Below are positions 11,897 to 25,012 of a DNA stretch of 64,000 nucleotides, piece after piece; the first letter of the stretch is position 1, and every line of letters starts with the position of its first letter. The stretch covers positions 81,778,001-81,842,000 of the forward strand of contig OZ024744.1 in the NCBI GenBank assembly GCA_964016885.1. The letters run 5' to 3'. Source of the stretch: Eledone cirrhosa (lineage: Eukaryota). A program made the translations under genes and the position numbers. Below the pieces are notes generated by a model. That model was not told the origin of the DNA. It ran no database searches and was given only the letters and a program-made list of their open reading frames with translations.

Positions 11897-12134
11897 ATTA
11901 ATTTTTTCATCCAACCAAACGACAGAATGACCAATTTTGTGGTCGCGCACAAAGTTCTAACTGAATATTTCAAAGCTAAGACGAGTGACGTTGGTTACTG
12001 GCGTTCATAAAAATTGGCGATGGTCAAATTTTGTACATATACCTCATGGACTTATGAACGGCATAAACATTTTTGACTGAAATCGCACGAAAAACCCATA
12101 CAGCTCAAAAGAAAAAAGACAACTTTACGAAGAA

Positions 12135-12500
12135 CATACATACATGCATACATACATATATATATACATACATACTTGCATACATGCATACATACATACT
12201 TACTTGCATGCATGCATACATACATAGATACATGCATATATGCATACATGCATACTTGCATGCATACATATATACATACATGCATGCATACGTACATACA
12301 TACATATATACATATATACATATATACATACATACATATATACATACATACTTACATACATGCATGCACACATACATACATACATACATACATACATACA
12401 TACATACATACATACACGCAAAAACACACATACGCATATATATGCATGCATACATACATGCATGCACATATACATATATGCATACATATATATATATGTA
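12135..12500. repeat. (TACA)n/(TGCA)n microsatellite
   Basis: Directly visible. Confidence 0.95.
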
Positions 12501-13397
12501 TTTATTTACGTATAGCACGGAGCATATGTGCATAAACAGACATGCACCGTGTTGTATTATGACAGTATTGTGTTAGCTCAATGTACAAGAACAGAGCCGT
12601 TATATGTAAAAGAAACCAAAGAACGCTTACATACTCAAACAGTTTTATTTGCTTACATTGTTTCATCCATACCGTTTGGTAGAAATCCTCAGAGCTTAAT
12701 AAACACAGTGCTGAGTATAAGCTCCACAAAGCCTAGTCACACGAACAATCGGAATGCAATAGAGGGTAAAGATAGGGAGATCGGAGATGGCGAACAAGGA
12801 AGGGGTACATGTTGGGGTTGTGAAACACCACAGCTAAATGACAGGGCACAATCAGATTTCACAAGATGCAGATACAATTGATGGCACACAAAAGCCAAAA
12901 ATACAGGCAATGGTTAAAACATAATAAAAAATAATAATAAAATAAAAAAATAAAAGGAAGATAATATAAAGAGATAAAAAGTAAGAAGGTAAAAAATAAA
13001 AAAAATAAACTTTTAAAAAAGAAAGAAATAAAAACAGAAACAAGAAAAATGTTTTAAGCACATAAAGAAGCCAGAGGGATTTAAGCGCTAGTCCCTAATA
13101 AAACGAGTGAATAGGATCTCCGTAACTTATAGTTATATAAGCATTAGGAGGTCCTTACGGTACATCCAGAAAGACCACAGTAATCAGAATCCCCGCCATG
13201 TTATACATATACAAAGTATACTGGTAGGTATCCGAATTACGTAGCCCATAGGTGCTCCACAATATGTATATATATATATATATATATAAGTATTGAAGTT
13301 TCCGTTGAAAACAGAAAAAGTCATAGGAGTGAAGAATGCTCTATGTAAGTACCAGAGCAAAATTTAATGTATAAAAAACGACAATACAATATAATTA

Positions 13398-13467
13398 CCT
13401 CATTACCAGAGGTTTCCCGAATGAGGCGAATACGAAAGAAACGTCTTCATTCGTTCGTCGGACGAGG
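13398..13467 (-). ncRNA. Type I hammerhead-like motif with U4C core change
   Basis: CCTCGT-CCGACGA-ACGAATGAAG...CCTCATTCGG-GAAA-CC-TCT-GG-TA-ATGAGG; 6-bp stem I, long stem II, GUA site. Confidence 0.65.
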
Positions 13468-14354
13468 CAATATAAAACATAGCTAAATATTTGGAAAGTC
13501 TCCTCAAGAAATGCAAAAAAAATTATATAAATATAGATGAAGGTAATACAATAGACATATAAAATATATAAAAAATTTTTAAAGAAATATAGTTAGGTGT
13601 GTGTATATGTATGTATATACACTCACAGATGTACATATGTATGTATGTACAAATGTGTGTGTATAGTGAAAATGTGTGCGTAAATATATATATGAGGGTA
13701 AGTATATCTGTGTATATGTAACTACAGACACAGACATGATAAGAGTTGACAGGTATACAGAAAAACAGGGTATTAGATACATTATAAGAATATGAAGGCA
13801 CGCGTATAAACACACACACACGCGCGTACACTTATATGCGGAAGAAAAAGAGGTAAGGGAGTGTAATAGTAAAAAGAAAGTATCATTCTCGATATATTTA
13901 TAAAAATGGAACAATAATTTAGAAAGAAAAATAATTGCGAAGTAAAGAAAAGAAAACAAACAAGGTACACGCGTACATACACACATATATCTATAAGAAA
14001 CGTATATCTATAAAAATATATATATACATACACGCAAAACGTGCAGACAAAAGCGTATGCAAATATACATACACACACACAGGATGCACATATATATATA
14101 CATACACGTCGCCCCATGTATATCTAATCACGCGTACGTATGCGACTGTATACTCACACACACACACACACACACAAATATATACATACATATATACATA
14201 CGCACACTTACACATCCATACATTCAGTACGTACACACACACATACACACACACATAATACACTCACGCACGTTGACCCACTTAGATGCACACACATAAA
14301 AATAAGAATGTAAAAAAATAGATGTAAAAACACAGATATAAAATTTTTTAATAC

Positions 14355-14399
<45 letters not shown>

Positions 14400-14411
14400 T
14401 TAATATAGATG

Positions 14412-14462
14412 AGATTCTACAGGACTAGAACTGTTTCATTCATTAGAAATCATCAGGAATCT
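14412..14462 (-). ncRNA. Type I hammerhead ribozyme
   Basis: AGATTC-CTGATGA-TTTCTAATGAAT-GAAA-CAG-TTCTAGTC-CTG-TA-GAATCT; intact core, 6-bp stem I, GUA site; TATAAATA about 20 nt upstream. Confidence 0.85.
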
Positions 14463-14989
14463 GGGTATCAAAAAATAAATATGGTATTTATAGGTCTCTA
14501 CAAGTGGTAGGAGAGGGTGGGGAGTGGGATGGGTGCAGGTCATTGGTTGATAGAGAAGGGAATTCATTAAAGGCTAATTCTACATAGCTATAGTTAATTT
14601 ATATTTATTTATGTTTTTAGAGTAACAAAGGCAGACAGAAATCTATAAACAAGTTCCGGATGGCATACCATTCCTTGTCAATAAGTTTCTCTTAAGCTAG
14701 CAGATGTCTATAAAATCAGTAGGGGGTCATTCATGCTCGATAGAATTAAAGAAAAGGGAGATTCTTTAAAAGCTAAAGTCATTAAGTTCTGCTAAGTGAC
14801 AAAGGTCTAGGGAATTCTGCAGACAGATTCAAAATACTGAGTGCATATCTTACTATTATCTTCGAACTTCTCCTAAACTAATCAACAATATGCCAAATCA
14901 ACAGACACATTCACAAAAAAACAAAAAAACCCCAAAAAAACCAAAAAAACAGAAAAACAAAAAAAACCACACCTAAAAAAACCCAAAAA

Positions 14990-16199
<1,210 letters not shown>

Positions 16200-16200
<1 letters not shown>

Positions 16201-16809
16201 TAGCTAAGATCTTTCTCTCCCTTATTATGAAGCATTTTCCCCCTACACATAAATATAGTAAAATTTTTAATAGAAATACCATTAAAATGTCTTACTCTAC
16301 GACTCCTAACTTTTCACATAACATCACAGCTTCAGGAACACGTGCAACCCTGTAGTTAGTACTAACTGTAATTGTAGCAATCGGGTTCACTGCCCCCTTC
16401 CGGGAAATGCCTCTCTAGTAACATTGTCTACAAATGTAAGGTTGACACACCCACGTCCCGTAGGGCCTACATAGGGTTAACCGCCAATAGATTCAAGCAA
16501 CGTCTTTACATGCATACCCATTCTTTTCGTTACCCTTTAAGAAGGAATATGACGTCACTTTCAGCTTATATCTGGAGTCTAAAAGACAACCACACCCAAT
16601 ATAAGTTACACTGGGAGATCCTAGTTAGAGCTAGATCGTATAACAGAAATAAAAGACCATGTGACCTCTGCGCCGCTGAGGCCCTGGAAATACTCTACGC
16701 CAAAGACCACATCTTAAACAAAAAATCTGAGGCAATTTCGGCTTGTAAACATAAATTGCACAAAACTTTCTGTATTACAGCTCCACATTATATATACTCT
16801 AACGGATAG
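16200..16809 (+). pseudogene. Penelope-like element C-terminal linker and GIY-YIG endonuclease, 5'-truncated, with a frameshift and a stop
   Basis: [31 protein letters not shown]; CNCSNRVHCPL; NIVYKCKV...AYIGLT..FKQR...H.HSF; LSAYIWSLK; CDLCAAE; LNKKSE..ACKH. Confidence 0.85.
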
Positions 16810-17471
16810 TACGAACTATACGCGGATATTTTACGTCTTGATGTGGTAGCTAAGTATATGTTATGTTTATACCATTACTTATTTGTATAGGTAAGTATAT
16901 ATTACCTGTATGTTTTGTGAAGGTACGTATACTTTCTCGTACGTATATTTGATTGTATATGTTATGGCGTATATATTATTTTTTCTGGTACATATGCTTT
17001 TGGTTATGTGTATACGTGAGTTTTGCGTCTGTGTGAGTATGCGGGTTCGTACGTAGCTAGGGTGTGTGTATATGTGTACTTCGTGTTTTGGTTGACGTAC
17101 GTCTCCGAACATAAGTGTATTTACATGTAGGTATGTGTGTGCGCTTGTTATATACGTATTTATTTATTTATACACGCACACACACACATATATATATATA
17201 TATATTTTTTTTTAATATATATTTTTATGTGTATTTGGTGTATACATTCGTATGCGTGCGGGTACAGGCGTTGCGTGGGTTCTGTATGTGCGTGCGTTTT
17301 TTTTTTTGTGTACGTGCATGTATTTGTATACCTATGGCGAGTGTTTTCGCGTATGCTTGTGTATGTACGTATATGGATGCGTGTATGTATTTATTTAATT
17401 TCATTTACCTCTGTATTTTATTTACTTTATTCTTAACTCTGAAGCCGAGAATCATTCGGTTTCCTAGTTAG

Positions 17472-18641
17472 AACATTTTCACAAGGACCCGCATCTTAGC
17501 AGAGGTGAATATATTGGGAGTCAGTATGTTACAATGTTTAGACTTATAGGATGAAGTTAAAAAATTAATAATCAATATTCAATATTAAAGAGGTTAGAAA
17601 ATTTAAAGTTCAACAGTTTAACATTTTCAGGTTGATATATCTAATAGTTCCGATTTGTTATGTAATTTAAAGGTACTATGTGGCGGTTAAAACACCGACC
17701 GCGCCCCGGGCCCCATGGCGAATTAAGCTACGCTGAGTATTTTCATTTACCGAAAGAAGGGGAAATTTATTTTTCCAAGCACTCCAGGTAAGCTCGTGCG
17801 CAAGGGGGCTGGTCGCGCCGCCATTAAAACCCACCCAACAGTCCGACAGAAAGTTGGAACTTTAAAATATTGCTTAGAGAAGTAGAAAAGTAAGGGTTGA
17901 TGGCTACAAGAAGGAAGATAGAAAGAAAGAGAAAGAAAGGTCGATATTAATGTCAGACCACAGTCAGGCCAGGAGTGGCGCGAGAAAATTTTCACAGGGA
18001 CCCGCATCTTAGCAGAGGTGAATATATTGGGAGTCAGTGTGTTACAATGTTTAGACTTATAGGATGAAGTTAAAAAATTAATAATCAATATTCAATATTA
18101 AAGAGGTTAGAAAATTTAAAGTTCAACAGTTTAACATTTTCAGGTTGATATATCTAATAGTTCCGATTTGTTCTGTAATTTAAAGGTACTATGTGGCGGT
18201 TAAAACACCGGCCGCGCCCCGGGCCCCATGGGGAATTAAGCTACGCCGAGTATTTTCATTTACCGAAAGAAGGGGAAATTTATTTTTCCAAGCATGGGGC
18301 CCGGGGCGCGGCCGGTGTTTTAACCGCCACATAGTACCTTTAAATTACAGAACAAATCGGAACTATTAGATATATCAACCTGAAAATGTTAAACTGTTGA
18401 ACTTTAAATTTTCTAACCTCTTTAATATTGAATATTGATTATTAATTTTTTAACTTCATCCTATAAGTCTAAACATTGTAACACACTGACTCCCAATATA
18501 TTCACCTCTGCTAAGATGCGGGTCATTGTGAACATTTTCTCGCGCCACTCCTGGCCTGACTGTGGTCTGACATTAATATCGACCTTTCTTCCTCTTTCTT
18601 TCTATCTTCCTTCTTGTAGCCATCAACCCTTACTTTTCTAC
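17472..18641. repeat. Tandem duplication (17472-17781 matches 17985-18294) plus about 350-bp inverted repeat (17879-18230 vs 18293-18641)
   Basis: Near-identical copies; the ORF track shows the same peptide on both strands (17747..18088 minus, 18435..18737 plus). Confidence 0.9.
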
Positions 18642-19032
18642 TTATCTCTTCTCTTCCTTCTCTTCTCCCCTCTTGCTGTCTTCCTCCCGCAGACTCATCT
18701 TCCTTCCCCCTCTTGCTTGCCTATATCTGACCGGTAGTAGTTGCCTTTCTCCTTATAGCTGACATTAACCCTGGCTTCTCTTCTTCTTTCTTCCCCCTTC
18801 TTCTCTCTCCTTCCTTTCTTTCTTTTACCGTCTGTCATGAGATTGACGTTAACTTATGTTCCCATCCCTTTCTGTTTTCGTTTATCTGACCGGTAGTAGC
18901 ATACTGTAAACTTTAGCCACGTCACTCGAGGGCGACCGGCTGAAGTTGAAGAAACAGAATAGCGGTCGCCCTCGGGTCCTCGATTTTCAGCTCCATGGAT
19001 TTTATCTATTACATTCACGTATTATATTTCGA

Positions 19033-19090
19033 ATACCTGATGATATCACCGGATTCATACGGAACCCGGTCATTGAAATGATCATAGTAT
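19033..19090 (+). ncRNA. Type I hammerhead ribozyme with palindromic stem III
   Basis: ATAC-CTGATGA-TATCACCGG...CCGGTCATT-GAAA-TGATCA-TA-GTAT followed immediately by AATAAA at 19091. Confidence 0.8.
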
Positions 19091-19282
19091 AATAAACCTT
19101 TCAAGGATTTACACAAATCCAGCCTCCTATCATTTCATTATAATATTTAACTCCGTAATAGCACCACCAACTACAAAAACAAAGACGGTTGAACTGCTTT
19201 ACGTTGAGTACTCTCTATATTATTGCATTACGATTGACCATACGGAATAGACCAGCTCTATACAATGGTGAACCTCAAACCC

Positions 19283-19365
<83 letters not shown>

Positions 19366-19405
19366 TGTGTAAGAATATTTTCGAAACAGCGAGGGGGTTT
19401 GAAAT

Positions 19406-19628
19406 TATTAGAAATGTAAGCTCTCGCCGTATTTTGACTAAAGAAATTAAAGAAATTATTTAGCCTGATAGTGGGGTTAAGAAACCACGGAGAAATGGTA
19501 AAAAATATGGGTATTGACGTATGTACGTCAATACTCATCTTTTTTCATTTCTCCGTGGGTTCTTAACCCCACTATCAGGCTAAATAATTTCTTTAATTTC
19601 TTTAGTCAAAATACGGCGATAGCTTACA

Positions 19629-19637
<9 letters not shown>
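19406..19637. repeat. 232-bp near-perfect palindrome between (TA)n tracts
   Basis: Arms meet at GACGTA-TG-TACGTC (19516-19529). Confidence 0.95.
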
Positions 19638-19687
<50 letters not shown>

Positions 19688-19691
<4 letters not shown>

Positions 19692-20190
19692 CGGAAAAAA
19701 TGAAACGAAATTTCATTTCCCACTCTTAGACTCTTAGTACGGCTGTTACTTAAATATAAGTATGTACACGTACATACATATATGTATACAGACGTACAGT
19801 AGTATGTATATATATATACATACATGCACACATATATATATGTACGTATGGATTCACCGAACATTTATTATCAAGCCGTAGTGTCCAGCAACCATCGTTG
19901 CTCGTTTGTTCAACACTGACAAAGGAACGCTGTACTAGTTTCAAGCTTATTAGCTAACGTCAGCAACGTATACCTTCCTGCCAGATTGTTGAACGTATGT
20001 ACTTACCTTATGCATATTAACAGCTGAGAAGCCCAATTTGCATATCGAGTGGGTTAATCGGCCGGGTGCACCGAAAACGATAAACGGAAAAAATGAAACG
20101 AAATTTCATTTCCCACTCTTAGTACGGCTGTTACTTAAATATAAGTATGTGCACGTACATACATATATGTATACAGACGTACAGTAGTAT
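19688..20190 (-). mobile_element. About 1.3 copies of a 394-bp hammerhead-bearing monomer (retrozyme/pLTR-like)
   Basis: Direct repeat AAACGGAAAAAATGAAACG...GTACAGTAGTAT at about 19688 and 20082; hammerhead motif and AATAAA between them. Confidence 0.7.
19927..19969 (-). ncRNA. Type I hammerhead-like motif with A9U change
   Basis: ACGTTG-CTGACGT-TAGCTAATAAGCTT-GAAA-CTAG-TA-CAGCGT; 6-bp stem I, palindromic ACTAGT stem III. Confidence 0.7.
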
Positions 20191-20790
20191 TTTTCGAGTT
20201 CCAACATCAACTGCTCGGATTTCGTCTATCGTCCAATTGAGTATTCCATACGTTGGTGTTAGGACAGGCACAGCAAACACATTGTGAGCCACTGTTTTGT
20301 TTTGCGCAGAGAGTTCCGATGACCAGATCTTTCTTAATCGGGTGTAGTATTCCCTGGTTACGCGTTCTTTATTACAGATACCATTATAGGATATGTTCTC
20401 ATCTACCCCCAGGTATCTGTAGCAGTCCTCATCAGATATTGGTGCAACAGTTAGACCATTAATGACAATGTTGCTAGGTTGGGTTGTTGTTTTTCCCCGC
20501 TTTACAGTCATGTATGAGCATTTATCTTGGCCAAACTCCATTCCTATATCCTTTGAGAACGTTGTAACCAGGTCAAGATTTTTCTTCATCCCATCCATGT
20601 TCTTGGCATAGAGTTTCAGATCGTCCACAAAGAAGTTATGCGTTAGGTTCGTATTTCTGTCCTCTTGTGAGCCAATGATGTATCCCTCACATTTCTTGAG
20701 CAGAAAGGACAAGAGGTTTAATGACAAGATGAACAATATCACAGAGAGACTGTCCCCCTGAAATATACCCCTGCAATATTTTATTTTATC
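20190..20790 (-). pseudogene. R4/Dong-clade non-LTR retrotransposon reverse transcriptase fragment
   Basis: RGIFQGDSLS, HNFFVDDLKLY, FSKDIGMEFGQDKC, YRYLGV, SELSAQNK...FAVPVL...GILNWT. Confidence 0.85.
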
Positions 20791-20814
20791 AGTGAAAATA
20801 GAGTCCTCCCTCTC

Positions 20815-21105
20815 TGTATGTATGTATGTATGTATGTATGTATGTATGTATGTATGTATGTATGTATGTATGTATGTATGTATGTATGTATGTATGTGCG
20901 TATGTGTGTTTTAGCGTGTATGTATGTATGCATGTATGTAAGCATGCATGTATGTACATCTCTCTCTCCCTTTCTCTCTCTCTCTCCTTTATTTACGTGT
21001 CCCAACTTTTTTTAGCCGTTGCTCGCACCAACCGGAGGTATATGGTCTTTAAAGCGATGAAATACCAATGATGGTTGGAAGATCACTGATGAAGGACTAA
21101 CTTTA

Positions 21106-21178
<73 letters not shown>

Positions 21179-21379
21179 TGAAAGAGAGAGACCAATTGAA
21201 TGAAGAATATTAAGAGTGAGAAAATACTGCAAATGAGGGAAATTGTGTTTTTATGTGTAATGGTGTTTAACCATGTGTATAGAAACATGTGTCTGTATGT
21301 GTCTCGATGAATATGTGTTTCGGGCGTGTGTGTATATATGTCGGTATGTGTCTATGTGTGTGAACGTGTGTAAGTATGA

Positions 21380-21465
<86 letters not shown>

Positions 21466-21533
21466 CTATGATTGGAAATGTACGTGTTTGTGTGTACGTA
21501 TGTGTACATGTGTGCATGTATGTGAATGTGAGT

Positions 21534-21588
<55 letters not shown>

Positions 21589-21860
21589 CGCGTGTGTGTG
21601 TGTATGTGTGTGAATGCTTATGATTGGAAATGTACGTGTTTGTGTGTACACGAGTGCATGTATGTGTCTGCGCGTGTGTGTATGTGTACGTGTGTACGTG
21701 TGTGTACATGTGTGCTTGTATGAGAATGTGTGTGAGTATGTATGTGTGTGTGTGTGTGTATGAAAAATGTCTATGAGTGGAAATGTATGTGTTTGTGTGT
21801 ACGTGTAATGTACATGTGTGCTTGTATGTGTGAATATATGTTTTCAAGCATGCGTGTGAG
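20815..21860. repeat. Compound (TATG)n, (TA)n, (GA)n and (TG)n microsatellites
   Basis: Directly visible. Confidence 0.9.
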
Positions 21861-22041
21861 CTGTGTGCGTGCGTGAAATGTGTTTTTTTTTTTTGGTATC
21901 CACTAATACATATACGACCAAGTACAATCAAATTAGTGGAACAAGTAGCGTGTGTATGCATTTAACACAGCCCGGTGATGTTTTCACCACCTCCACCACT
22001 GCTATTTTGTATCGTAGCTGAACAGAAAACTTACGATACAT

Positions 22042-22053
22042 AGCAGCAGCAGC

Positions 22054-22114
<61 letters not shown>

Positions 22115-22167
22115 ACAGCGACAACAACAACAACGACATCAACGACAGCAACGACATCAACGACATC

Positions 22168-22216
<49 letters not shown>

Positions 22217-22357
22217 GCAGCAGCAACAACAACGACAACAACAACAACAACAACAATAACAAAAGCAACAACGACGACAACAGCAACTACAACATCAACA
22301 ACAATAACAACATCAACAATGACAACAACAACAACTACAACAACAACACCAACAACA
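22042..22357. repeat. (CAA/CAG/CGA)n microsatellite
   Basis: Directly visible. Confidence 0.95.
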
Positions 22358-22676
22358 AAACCTAAAGAATTGTTCGTTTACACAGACTAGTTACAAATCT
22401 TTTTTTTTTTCTTTTTTTCTTTGGTGTCAGTGAGGGGGGACTTGGAGGTATGACGGTGTAGGGTGGTGTAGGGTGAGATCCCTGAAATATTATTGGTCGA
22501 GTTTCTACTCCCACCACCTCCTTCTCCATCTTCACCCCCCCCCCCCCGACTAACGGTGAACCGGGATCACAATTTATCAAATCATGAACAACTCCACGGA
22601 AAGACGTAAACTCATTGATGGTTTACAAAGATAAAATGTAAACATTTGCCGACCGATTTAACGAGAGAAAAAGCAA

Positions 22677-22723
<47 letters not shown>

Positions 22724-22931
22724 AAGAAAAAAGAAATGAAAAACACATACCAAAAATAAAATAAACATATAAAAACAGGATAAATAGCAATGGAGTTTAT
22801 GCGAATAAACTTCTCAACCATTGGTAAATGAAGGCATCTATTCATTCAAGTATGTCACAAGCGTATATATATATTCAACTGATAAGGTATGTTTTTCCTT
22901 GGCTATGTCAAAATTTATAAAACACTTTTTG

Positions 22932-22998
22932 TATTTTATCTGATGAAAGCGTACCAAAGTTTTTTGGTACCGTTGAAATATATATATATAATAGAATA
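22932..22998 (+). ncRNA. Type I hammerhead ribozyme with (TA)n stem III
   Basis: TATTTTAT-CTGATGA-AAGC-GTACCAAA-GTTT-TTTGGTAC-CGTT-GAAA-TATATATATA-TA-ATAGAATA; 8-bp stem I, overlapping AATAAA at 22995. Confidence 0.8.
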
Positions 22999-23061
22999 AA
23001 TATGGTTTTATAAATATAGTTTCCATTTATTTAATATTGTTTATATATATATATATATATA

Positions 23062-23246
23062 TAACGAAGAAGATGTGGTAAGGAACCAGGTGGACCATAA
23101 CGCACCAAAGTACTCAATACTTAGGGTAGTAGAGTGGGTAATAGGAACCAGTAAGACCCCGACGGCTGAGCTCAAGCCGTTTCGACGGCTACAGTCCAGA
23201 ATTAGCCGTCGAAACAGCTTGAGCTCAGCCGTCGGGGTCTTACTGG

Positions 23247-23249
<3 letters not shown>
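23062..23249 (-). mobile_element. Second copy of the 9800-10050 pLTR-like family with a 105-bp palindrome (23145-23249)
   Basis: Reverse-complement homology to 9920-10050; flanked by (TA)n on both sides. Confidence 0.8.
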
Positions 23250-23314
<65 letters not shown>

Positions 23315-23321
<7 letters not shown>

Positions 23322-23570
23322 TAAAATAACAGATTAAAGTTTAAGCAAAGAATCGCTGCTTTCACCCTTAACGGGATCTTCTGAAACCAACAGGGAAAGT
23401 TTCCACGAACCAAAGTATCGTCTTCCTGTCTTCCTCCGGTTGCAACGTTTTTTGAAATATCCACTTCTGCGTTTGCGTTCACAGATTGACTTTGTTAGTT
23501 TCAGAAGATCCCGTTAGGGGTGCAAGCAGCGATTCTTTGCTTAAACTTTAATCTGTTATTTGAATAAATA
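23315..23570. mobile_element. Inverted pLTR-like pair, each arm carrying a variant hammerhead (23339-23387 minus; 23498-23546 plus)
   Basis: GTTT-CAGAAGA-TCCCGTTAAGGGT-GAAA-GCAGCGATTCTTTGC-TT-AAAC then AATAAA; the plus copy has GCAA instead of GAAA. Confidence 0.7.
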
Positions 23571-23654
23571 TTTGCTCTACGGTTCTTATATATTTGATAT
23601 ATATTTATCCTTATCGAGCGCTCTTTGGATTTTAGTCTTCAAATTTATTATTAT

Positions 23655-24129
<475 letters not shown>

Positions 24130-24715
24130 TTTATTTATTAGCCACTAGGGCCGACATGTAGGGGACAATACAAAGACAGGGCCAGGGGGTATTACAATAA
24201 GGTCGAGTAAAAGTGCACAATGGCAAGACTAATTTAACAATGAAGATGTAAAAAATATATAAAATAAACTATGCATAAATATAACAAAATAAATTCCCCG
24301 ATGGGGGGTGGACGACCCAGGGGTGACTCAGGTACCCACCAATCCTGACCCACCCTGCGCTTCTAGGGCACCCAGGGAGAACACCCCACTCCTCAAATTA
24401 GCCAGCTTATAGGCGCATGGTCAGAGTAGGCCTATTCACACGAGCCATTATCGCCACATTCACCCACCTTTTAGCAAATGTTCTGGGGGGAGGGGCAGCA
24501 CTTCTCTCACTACCCTGACCTTCCTATCCAGGTGAAACTTGAAGAAGTTGATGAGGGATTGGCCGAAGAGAAAGTATCTGCCTTCAGTCCTTTCAATCTG
24601 GTCCACCATACAATCTCTTTCACAACTGCCACAGACAGAGGAAAATTTCCTGCTCTTCCTGACCTAAGGAAGGCAGCGGGTCGATCTTCACTATGGACTT
24701 GCCTCTCCATGTACC
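24130..24715 (-). mobile_element. L1/Tx1-type LINE 3' stub
   Basis: VAVVKEIVWWTRLKGLKADTF matches the ORF2 C-terminus of 26260-31670; GTGGCTAATAAA 3' end abutting (TAA)n. Confidence 0.85.
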
Positions 24716-24942
24716 GAGCTGCAATTCTTTTTCGAAGTTTTAAAAAATAAATCGGAATATTCGAGCTTAAAGCCCGAATATTGAAAGGTTTTCCCCTCCT
24801 TGGAACCAAGATACTGTGCTGTACCTTATGCTTCGTTATCGACAAGAAAATACACAAAATGATACTTTAAAACAGCTTAAAATTACGAACCTTTTCTCCC
24901 GCAGACTTGTAACGTCTTCACACATGTGCGTCCATTAACAAC

Positions 24943-25011
<69 letters not shown>

Positions 25012-25012
<1 letters not shown>

